Shown in pieces: positions 52,628 through 64,000 of a DNA stretch of 64,000 nt. The notes beneath the pieces are model-generated. The model worked only from the letters and a program-made list of their open reading frames with translations, ran no database searches and was not told where the DNA came from. The DNA comes from Podarcis cretensis (taxonomy: Eukaryota). The stretch is from NCBI GenBank assembly GCA_951804945.1, contig OX638155.1, positions 50,964,001-51,028,000 on the forward strand, read 5' to 3'. Position 1 is the first letter of the stretch. Each line of letters starts with the position of its first letter. The position numbers and the translations under genes were made by a program.

Positions 52628-53990
52628 GCATGGTGTGCCCAAAGTAGTAGTCCAATCCTTTTAGAAACTAGCTCAGCCGACAATGATTCATTGCAGCTCA
52701 ACTGCTTCACTCGTCAAATCTGTGTACAAAGTAGCATTCAAGTTTAGCCAAGTATAGCTGCACAGGGGGAAACTTTGGAAATATTCAGAAAAGCAGCATG
52801 TTAAGACATGTGCTGATCATGTTATTTCCACTGCACTCAGAGGCACTGTGCATCTATCACTCTCCATACAACACAAAGAAGTAAGCTTTATTCTTTAGAG
52901 TTGTGTTTTGTTTTTTAAATTAAAGAATAGCTAGGTTTCCCCCCACCAATTTGAAAAAAACCCAAAAGAGTTTCAAGAAGAGCTGTAGGCAAGGTTAATG
53001 CCCTAACAGTAGTTCCAGCTACTCTGTAGTCTGAAGGAATTGCAACACACTGTAGCGTGTTTCTTTGTAAACAAGGCAGACTAGTTCCCCTCACCTAAAA
53101 CCAATACTTTAAACAAATGATCTCACTGAAGTGTGATGCCGTGGTGGCACTCTTCATTGCAAAGAAGTAGGAAGAGAGCGAGATGCCTTGTGACAGAGCA
53201 TGCCCCCATCTGGCAGAAAGCCCAGATGCCATGGGATGGCTTCAAGCTTGTGCTCAAATTATGTCTGAGGGTTATAGTGAGGTCTGAACATTAAGAGTTT
53301 TAAAAGATTTAAGGGGTTGGTTTTTCTTAGCGTATGCATTCTAAGACCCAACATACAGAGAGATCTAGGAGATGGTTCTGGGGAAGAACTTCCTTCTCTT
53401 CCCCTCTAGCAGCTCTTAAGATAAAGAAGCCAATCACCTGGAGCTTGCTGTAGTCCCCACCACCACGGCAGTCAGATTTCAAGGCACTTGAATGCCACAA
53501 TGGAAGAACCTGGACTTCACATGTAGCCACTTTGCACTCACTTTGAATAATGCAGCAATAAGCCACTTTGGGGATTGTTGTTTTACAATCAAGCAGTATA
53601 TAAACTGTACAAAATAAATAAAATAAAATACCAAAGACAGTTAAAGTAAGTTTGCTCAGGCTTATCCCAACTAGCTGACTCATCCATTTCATTTGGATTT
53701 TATGTATATTTTAATAAATTTGGTTTTATATGTTAAGATTTTATCTTCACTGGGATTTTATACTTCAAGATCTTTACACAGGAAGTGGTCTCTGTATACC
53801 TTACTTTAATAAAAACAAACAAACTGGGCAACAATATTATCAACTCCTTGTTCTCTCTTCTAGATTTAGAACTTGTATCCCTTTAAAGTTTGTCACAAGA
53901 CGCCTGCATGCAAGACACATATTCTCTCTCCTCTTCCTAGAGCAGCATCCATCAACCACAGGCACTGCATAGATCCAAGTTGAAGCTCTA

Positions 53991-54334
53991 AGGTAAAGGT
54001 AAAGGGACCCCTGACTATTAGGTCCAGTCGTGACCGACTCTGGGGTTGCGGCACTCATCTCACTTTATTGGCCAAGGGAGCCGGCGTACAGCTTCCAGGT
54101 CATGTGGCTAGCATGACTAAGCCGCTTCTGGCGAACCAGAGCAGCGCACGGAAACACCATTTACCTTCCTGCCGGAGTGGTACCTATTTATCTACTTGCA
54201 CTATGACCTGCTTTTGAACTGCTAGGTTGGCAGGAGCAGGGACCAAGCAACGGGAGCTCACCCCGTCACGGGGATTTGAACCTCCAACCTTCTGATCGGC
54301 AAGTCCTAGGCTCTGTGGTTTAACCCATGTCCCT
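53991..54334 (-). mobile_element. Sauria SINE (Squam1), near full length
   Basis: Same family as 34906; (acctttt-like) tail seen as aggtaaaggtaaaggg; exact 12-bp TSD gttgaagctcta (53979-53990, 54335-54346); about 12 nt missing at the A box. Confidence 0.94.
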
Positions 54335-56881
54335 GTTGAAGCTCTACATGGGTATAATTTCTGCTTTTCTGAGGCAAGCTGAAAAAATGCATGACTGCTC
54401 TTTCAAGAGATCAACCACACTCTTAAATCCCTAACATGGGCACACACAAGCCGGAAAATGCTTAAGTCAATCCACCCCATTTTCAACCTTGAGCTGGATC
54501 AGAAAACAATGTTCAGTTCTTTCAGAAAGCATATTGAGTAGTAAGTGCTCCTTTAATCATTTCGTAACATGGTTAACTCCCTGACACAGAATTTTACTCT
54601 TTAATGATGACAGACTTGGCATCACTAACCCTGGGAAAAGACACTGTGTGCTGTCAAACAAGAGCAAACTCTTGCCTTTGAACTTCTGCAATATTTACTC
54701 TTTTGCATACATCCCATATATACTTCACGTTATGCACAATACTTTTGATCTTATTTCCACATGGGTATATGAGTTATTATATGTAGTGCTGGTCTTCTGT
54801 TTTTAATCATTCTAAACTGAACTGGGTAGAGCCTCAATTTCTAGATTCCATTCATGGATTTGTATCTGCACCACAAAGCAAAGCTATTTAGACTAATAAC
54901 TTCTCCAAAGAATCTCGGTAACTGTAGCAGAAGAAAACCAGCACTCACACAGCAATCATAACCAGGGGACTTCAGGAAAGGCCATGGCAATCAATGTTTT
55001 ACAACTATTTTCTGCTGATGGTGTAGATGTGGTTTGGGAAGCAAAAGGAAAGAAATGTTACAAGTGGAATGTATGCAGAAACCACATAACAAATATACCA
55101 CACCAGTAACTGCTTTGAATGAGTTCCCCGTAGTAATTGTATCATATGATGCAGGGGATTAAGATTCAGAAACTGAAGATAGGAAGAGAAAGTGCCTCTG
55201 ATGTGGAAGATGAAGTTGCTTTTTATACTACTCATCTGAATTGCACCTCTGTATTGCTTTTTAGTTTCCTTGCAGAATCACTAAATTCATAAATGAGTTG
55301 TTTGGGTGAGAGAGAGAGAGCACATTATGACAAACACAAGTAACATTATCAGATAGTGATCAAATTACAAAGGCCCTCAGAGGTACTCTTTAAATTGCAG
55401 TTAAAGTCTAATAGTCTCTCAAGAAAAAGCCTGCCAACTGATCCATAGAGCCACTGAGTGTACGTAGTAGGAAACTGGCCTCTGATTGCCCCACAATAGA
55501 TGTACCAGTAACTTTGGCAAATTTCAGTACTGTAAAATGCTAATAGGATTTACTGTTGCCAGTTGTGTTCCTAAATACCACTTTTTATTTAAAGGCGGTC
55601 AATGTGGTGCCTTCCAGATGTTGTTGGACTACAACTCCCATCACTCTTGACAACTGGCCATATTGGCTGGCACTGATTGGAGTTATAGTCCAACAACATC
55701 TGGAGGACAATAGGTTGGGGAAGGCTACCCGAGGTCCTCGTCCCTTCAACCCCTACCCTATAATTATTTTTCCTTTATAAGGAGAGGGAAAAAAGATATA
55801 TTTCACATATTGCTGAAAACAGGAGGTTACTATTTAAGAATGAGTAGGAGAGTTCATATGATCATAACTTAGTGTGGTAAGTCGTGCTATGAATGTCCTT
55901 CTAGCCCCTCCCTAAATGCAACTCTTCAATTAATTATAGTTTCCCATTTTGTCTGAACTATCGTTAACTATAATTTATGGAAGACTTCCTGCTCTGTTCA
56001 CTTGCTTGCACAATGGGAGGATCAAAAGGGCTACCTAGGTGATTCTGAGGCTCATTCCTATCTTGTCTTCTTAAGCAGAGACATGATTGCCCCAACACAC
56101 TCATTGTTGCAGACCAAGGGACCTTTTGGAACAGTGAAGCAAAAGAACAGTGTTTTGATTAGAATTGCAGTCTTGACCCAGTTTTAAAAAGATGTAAGAG
56201 AAAGGAAGCTTAAATGCAGCTAAGGAAATTTCAAATTATAGCTGTCACTTTATTTTTATTTATTTTTTTAAAAAACTTGCACTGAAAAGGGGCCTGGCAA
56301 GCCTTGAACAGAGGGAGTAAGAGAAATGAAAAAAGTCCCCAGGAAAAGCAACAGACTGGCCACAACTATTTATTCCAGACAACAGGGAACTCTTAGAACT
56401 CAGCAGAAAAGGAAGGCATGCATGAACTTGCAGCGATGTCATAGGTTAGACTAAACAATAGTTGTTTACAAGAGAAAGTAAGTTTTTTAAAAAAATGATC
56501 CTGATTGGCATCCGTTCCAAGTCCACATGCTTATTCAGAAGCACGTAGCACTGCTGCCAGGAACAGGCATAAGTAGGCTATCATGTGGCTCAGTACATTT
56601 TCAGGCATGATGTAGTTGGGCACCTGATCTTTTTTCAAAACAACTTTGGAGGACTGTTTTGCATGAGACTTGTACCACTTTTCTCCAGCAGCTAATGAAG
56701 CTTTCCTAGTTAAAATCACGATTTAGCAGTTTATACTGGTGCGTATCATCAGCTTGTAGGAATAAGATACAGCTCCTTTTCTGCACTTATTTTGTTAAAG
56801 TAATAGTCACCTTTGCTGTCAATTTTGCTTTCCTTTGCCAAGCATCCAAAAAGCTGGCGTAATTGGTGGGCAACTCAGTCA

Positions 56882-57301
<420 letters not shown>

Positions 57302-60300
57302 TCACAGGGTTACAGAAAGATTTATTGAACTTAATGCAAACATATATATTACAATGATACTGTTACTTTTTTGGTTTTGGCCTATTGTCATTGCCATTTC
57401 AGTGTCTGGCAAGCAGGGCAAATCCATCCATCTTCAATTTCCATTGAAATTCCTAATCTTTCCCTACTCTCTCCGAAGCAAAAAAAAAGTGCAAGCTGTG
57501 CCTCTTTTATAGGTTTCAGGAATATTATAATGATCCTTGGATTGCTATGCTGTGTTCTGAAGCCAGCTTTTGATAGGTAAGCAGTGGTGTAGGGTGGAAC
57601 ATTTACCATAATGACACCCCCCCCCCAGTTATATTTTTCTGTGCAGGGATCTTTTCCATTTCTAAAAAAATTAACCCATTTCATAAAAATTAATGCCATC
57701 AACAAAGGACCATGTCAAAGGCTGCTCCTGTTCCCATCACTGGAGTCGGGGGTGCAGTAATTGTGCCCCTCCACTAGGTAAGGAGATGCCATTAAAACCT
57801 GATCCTATGAGCTACTATGCCATCCATCTGAGCCATGTCTCTTCAGAAATTTTCTACTAGTCTTTTACTTCAAGGCTACTATTATTCTGGATCCACCCAA
57901 ATGCACATTATATGCTGAAATAACCTATGTTAACAAAGAAAACAGAATCATCTTGATAAATCATGGCAAAGTCATGCAAATTCCTAACTTTAGTTTGGAA
58001 GAAACCAAGCAGGCTGACACAGGCCTAAATTAGTTGAAATTGTAACTTAGGGTGGAGCAAAACCCGTATAATTAGAAACAAGCTATCCTGTCACAATGTT
58101 TTCTAACTCTTTTAATGTCTCTCTCTGTTGGAATGGGGCAGAATGGATCAAGATGTGTTAGTAGAACTGAGACCAAAAGAAATTTATTAATACTTCAATT
58201 TGGCACTGGTTTTCTGTAGACATGTTTTATGATTTCAGGAGGAAATTTACTGCATTTCCCATCCTCTCCCAACCCATCCCGAATTCCTGCTTTCTGATTC
58301 AAGCCAATCCTTTTGTTGTGAAACACCTACTGGTGCTATAGCACAATGTAATTTAGATGCTTTGTAATCCCTCCTGTCTGGGAACCAGGTCACTGAATAT
58401 TGCGCTTGTGGTGATTCTGCATGACTTGTACCTCCTTCCTACTCTCCCTTCTTGGGTGGCACACTTGTAAAGTGCAGTCCAGGGCAGACACCCATCTGCC
58501 TACACGTAAGCACACTTTCTCTGCTACAGGCAGTGGAAAAATCCAGGATATGAATACCAAGGAGATTCACACTTTGCTACATGATTCTTCTCTTTGGATG
58601 CTAGGGAATCACATCCAGTGAGGTTTTCCTTAATACCCAATATTCTTTCTGCAACCAGATTGGTGAAGTGTTTTTCTGCCTGTATGCTGCCATGGCTCCT
58701 ATGAATGCAGTTTCTCCAAGACAGTAGTCTTCCCTATTGTTCAAATCTGATGAAACTTGCTAAGACAGCAGGACAATCAATAAGCACCATCATTAACTGA
58801 CTTGTTTTGTTCCTCTCTGCCATGCATCTTTATTTCCTTTATTTTACCACCAACCCTGGAAATGGTTTGAATGTGTTCCGCATTATTGTATGTGGAGCTA
58901 AACCAGATCTGGGCCTAGTTAAAACATGACAGGAGACCACATAAGAACCTGTGCAACCTCAAAACTTTTAAAAGAAAAAGGAAGTTATTCAGACCACAAA
59001 ATGCATCTGTTCAGACAGGCATTTTAGACGATGTCTGTGAGTGAGTTTGGCTATTTTTGATACTGTTGGTGAACTGTTTTCATTGACACAGTATGATTTT
59101 AAGTGATGTTTAAATTATTGTTTTTTAACCATTTTCTTATGTACACCCTGGAATCCTATGGGCCAGGACGTGGCTTATAAATATAAATAATGCATCAATA
59201 ATATAACAGGCGAGTCATATACTCCTCACATCTTACAATACAGGCAGGCAAAAGACAGCTTTTTGTTATTTTTAAAGAAACTTTAGTAATGCCCATTTCT
59301 GTTTTAATCTTTCTATAAACCTCAGGAATCTTAATTCTTAGCACATTAGTCTGAGCATAATCAATTGTTTAATGTGGAGCAGCACACTGATAAGCACTGC
59401 CTTTTTCAAAATGGCTATTTCTATATTCATCAGCTATTATCAAGTATGAATACATTACCAAAACAATTTACATCTCTCTGGTATCTCAGACATCCTCAAA
59501 TCTTTCATACAAATATATTCAATGTGACATTTAATTACTTTTTTTTAACTCAGACATATGGCTTATGTACTTCAATACATGTTTTTATAGTCAGTGAGAA
59601 ATAGCACTTCTTGCCTACAGACTGTTGTGCAATGATTCAACTAGCTACTGGCATTTTGCTAGCACTCAAACGTGAAAGTGCAAACACTACTATATTTCTC
59701 TGTGTTCTCCTGAAAGTTCATTATTTGGATTTTGGAAATCTTTTTAGAACGTAGACAAGCTCAGGAATTGTTAAGCAATAACACAAAAGCGGATCGCATG
59801 CTATGTAAAAAGTGTTTGGGGGGGGGGGAACCATCCCAGAATGCCCTGTGCCAAAAAACGATGTGGCCTCTGTAGTGCTTATATAATGATTTCTCAAAGT
59901 TTGATTGCCACACATAATTAAAACTGGACAGGAACAGTGAGGGTGTTGATGAGCTAATATTACAAAATCTCATTAGTAATGCATTCATTAAGATGGCATC
60001 TAGCTATACCATTTGCCAGCAACCATTCCCTCTACGTACAAAATGCACACTGCATTTGTTAATTAGAGGGAGGCAACCAGAGCAGAAACCTATTTTCTAA
60101 GAATCCTATAACCAACAGTCTCAGTCTATGTTTCTGCCCTACAAATCCATAAACACGCCACCAATCTGAGAAGGGGGAACGACAAAAATATGTTCTTCCC
60201 CCAAATCAATGGGATAAAAATGGAGCTGTAGATATGATCCTATTATAAGCTGCAAGACAACCCAAGAACACAATGCCAATTCAGTATTTGAACACTCACT

Positions 60301-63300
60301 ATGGAGGAACTTCAGGGAATCTTTAAAAAAAACAACCAAGCTAAAGACAAGCACTGTAATTCCCAAGCCAACGAATACGGGAATACTGATAGAGAAAGAT
60401 GTTGCCGTTACACTTCTAGAAACAAAGCTCAAAGGCACTGCCTCATTGCTCTAGTATGGAAGCAAGTGATAACAGACCTATTTCTCCATTCATAATGATG
60501 AAATTTTCTATGCCTACATAGGAATGAAATCAGCAGATATGAAATACATCCCACTCCGGCTCATTTAATTGTACTCCCACAGAGTTTGGCATATGATCTT
60601 TGAGGGAAGCTATAGCAAGGAAGAATGCAATCTGGTTCCTTCAAAGGAAGAAATATTAGACTAATGAGATCACTCTGGCAATCTCTCTCTCTCTCTGTGT
60701 GTGTGTGTGTATTCCTGCATTCAGGGGGTTGGAATGGATGATCCTCAGAGTCCCACAGCTCTATGATTTTCTCCCTCTCTCTGCATGAGCACACTTGCCC
60801 TGGGCCTTAGAAAGCTAAGCTGGCTGGGGCCCCCCAACCTCTGGGAGACACCACTCTTTGGGGCAGGTGGGTGGGACAGCTCAGAGACCAGGGACAGCAG
60901 CAGCTGCTGCCTGGAGGACTCCCAAGGAGAGGAGGCTGAGGGAACACTCCACAAGGGAGGGTGTTTGAAAAAGGGTGAGGGGCTGCCAGCTCTGCAGGCA
61001 AGGGGTGACATAACTGGGCTCCTGAGCCCCACAGGCGTGCCGCAGAAAGAATGTAGTTGATTAAGGGAGCCATGGACTCAAAAAGGTTGAAAACCTCTGA
61101 TATAAGAGGCGGATGTGAGGGGGGGGCTGGTTGGTCAAGATGAACCTTGGAAAAGTGTTACCTTGACCTTGACCCTAACGGGCCATGCACCAGCCTCCAA
61201 GGGAAACTGCACTATGCTGCATTTCCAACCACCAACCAACCATTCCCAACATCTAGAAGAACTTCCAGCTTAGCCTCCAACACAGAGTGAAACCAAGAGT
61301 CGCTGTGGGAGAAGGTGAGTTTGGCACATATACGGAAAAACTTGCAGCACCTAAAATTTCTGGATCTTGGCTGCAAAATGTTTTCTAATTACAGTGAGCC
61401 AGGCAGAACTAGAGCCAATTTATTTGAAAGGTGCCAAATATAGAGTGACATTAAGAGCATTTCCCCCCACCATAAAAAGTAGTTTTACTTACAAAAGTAA
61501 AAAAACAAGTGACTCATTCACTCACAGAAATAGGCTGCAGTATGTGATATAAGCCTCCCAAAAGCTGATTTTTTTATTTTAAAAATGCCCACAAAAATGG
61601 TGACTGTGATAAGTGCCTATAATAAAGAACTTCTTTCCATTCCTCCTGCCTTTGAACAGACAACATCCATGCTCCACTTTCTCTAGCTCTCACAGCTACC
61701 TAAGTTGACTTGCAGCAACACACATTTGTATCCACTCTTTCCTCTTAAACGAATTCTGTTCTATGCATGCCTGTCTGATTTTTTTTTGCCTTCTCGACTC
61801 CATATTTAGAATTATAATTTTACTACCCCTTAGCCATTACCAAAGAGTTGCCAACCTAGCTTAAATACTGCCTGTATATTCAACTTTTTATTTCTGTAAC
61901 AGCTTGCACATTAATCCATTTTTTTTGCCATTTGCAATTGTTTATAAACTTTGATCTGCTGTCTGATTACTATTTCCCCCGGCATAAGTGTAATGCAAGC
62001 ATAATTTGCCCTGTGAAATGTGCATAACTGTGTGTTTCTCCTCAATGTACATATGTTTGTCATGTACTCATGCATCTCTTCAACACATGTAAATGAAGCC
62101 ACACAGTAAGAGCTTGGGGTCTAGCTTTAAGGCAGCACAATGTGCAGAACAAATTTATTGTTTACATGGTATGGAAGTGAAGATGGATGTCGGAACCTAA
62201 AAGTTCCATGCTTTTTGGTGCATGGTTGAATTTGTAAGCACCTTTGCTTAAAACTTTTTTCAAACCCTAGAAACGATATTTGTGGTTTCAGGAGTGTGAT
62301 TATGTCACTATAACATTCAACCGGACTTGTTTTACTGGGATTGCCTATGATTCTTTGATACTGTTATTCGTCCTGGACACTTGGGATAAAAGGATAACAA
62401 TGGAGAAGCAGGAGCCAGTTATTGTGCACTTTGACCATCTTTGGTCAACAATTTCTGAAGCCTCAAAATTAACAGACTGTGTACTTATGTACTACGTTAC
62501 AAAAACATATCACAGTGTCACAGCAAGTTACGCATACTGTGAATTGTCCCTCCAAGCTCAGGGACTGCAAACTTCATGTCAATTAAGACACGAGGAGATC
62601 ATTGGCATTCTATAATAATTTTAAAGGCTGTCCATTAGTTGGATTGACTTTAACCTCAACAGAGCAGCAAAAGGAACAAATAAAATTTCACTGTGGAGAA
62701 AAGCATTCACTGTCAATGCCAAATGCTTTGTCACTTTCAGCCACCCTGAGGAGAGAGTTCTGTATCAAGATGAGCTTTCTTGGTATGAGGGCCACTCAAC
62801 AGTATTTGAGGGGGACTATGAATGGACACAGTTTTACATTCTTACAGTATGTTAGCGGTGATCCTATTTCACAATTTGACTTTCAGAGAGAAGCAGAGGA
62901 GCACAATATATTCGGCCAAAGCAAATCTTTGTTCTTTTTAGTACTACTGAGCAATGTAACTGAATTCTACAAAGGCAACTAAGATGACATTTAAAGGGGG
63001 TCTGTGTTGTGTACTGCAAATAACTGCTGACTTGAAAAAGACAAAAGTGACCCATGGTTTTTTTCTTTTTTCCACTTTTATTTGAGATGGCAGCCAGCCA
63101 GCTAGACGTCTTTACACTCCACTGGCAAAATTTACTACAGTGCTGAAATAATTCCTGTATTGTAGCAGCACAGTAGTATATCACCATTTACACTCTGTTT
63201 GTTAGATGTCACAAGAGCCTTTTTAATATAAACATTCATTTTTTGCTTACAATCCTGACACCTACTGTGCTTCAGACACAAAAAGGAACTGAAGCCTTTT

Positions 63301-64000
63301 GCTAACAGCTGAAGCACGTGTGCAAATTAAAACAGCCTTCTTTTTTTATCCAAGAACCAAACAATGTTAATTTTCTGATCAATAGAACTTCACAAATGTT
63401 TTGTTTTATTTATGATGCATGGCTACTATTGTTATAACTCCTTCAATAGTAAGAAACTTCCTTCAAAGCTTTTCTCCCCCTAGTCAGTAGAAAGATGAAA
63501 GAAGCATCTCCTAAGATTTTTTGTACTTTGGTTTGGTCATCTAGTCCAATCCCCTGTAATGAAGGAATTACAGCTAAGAATAAAGTATGCAGTTCCAAAG
63601 GCTGGAGAACATAGAAATGAATGTGGGTGGGTGGGTGGAACCTCGGTTATTGCTTCCTTTATGAATATATTCACAAGACTTTAGTATTGCTAGCTAAAGA
63701 GCTGCCGGGTGTTTTTAAGTTCTATTCTCCCCTTGCAGGACTATTAGCTTGTATAAGGCTTTTCCAACCAACTGATTCTTCCAGAGGGGAACTAGGACCA
63801 TGAATACCGACTCATAAGCCAGATAGCCCTTTAAGAGGCTCTTGCTGGTAAGCATAACAGTAACTCTGTCATGCTACAAGGCCCTGGTAATAACAAGACT
63901 TGCAGTGATTCAGATCTAAATAAGTGCCAAGGCAAACCATACATTTTGCAATGTATGGAGCATTCTTTTTTTTGTAAAATAAAGTCATGGCACACAATAC

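Overview
Eukaryotic genomic DNA from a squamate reptile; the Sauria-SINE sequence, BovB fragment and MITE families point to a lacertid lizard (inference). The window holds the 3' five coding exons (exons 2-6 by human numbering) of GAREM1 (GRB2-associated regulator of MAPK1/FAM59A; CABIT domain, proline-rich SH3-binding motifs, C-terminal SAM domain) on the minus strand. Exons are 57060-56920, 23168-23038, 14789-13611, 9785-9619 and 8418-7506 (stop), all with GT-AG boundaries and consistent phases. Exon 1 lies beyond position 64000. The 3' UTR runs leftward from 7505, with several candidate poly(A) signals. Introns are filled with transposon debris: Sauria SINEs, CORE-type SINEs, BovB, CR1, L2, L1 and RTE-X-like 3' ends, Tc1/mariner and hAT MITEs, and solo LTRs. 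I see no prokaryotic-type system, RNA gene or CRISPR array, and nothing that proves a new biological system. The best leads are: (i) inverted copies of one MITE family bracketing exon 5 and exons 3-5, next to an odd A11 acceptor at exon 6, a circRNA or exon-skipping architecture; (ii) an in-frame stop fused to AATAAA about 25 nt into intron 4, a possible SAM-less isoform; (iii) solo LTRs that seem to carry a decayed acidic/Arg-rich ORF, one interrupted by an in-frame L1 insertion; (iv) a Sauria SINE with an 88-144 bp target duplication.
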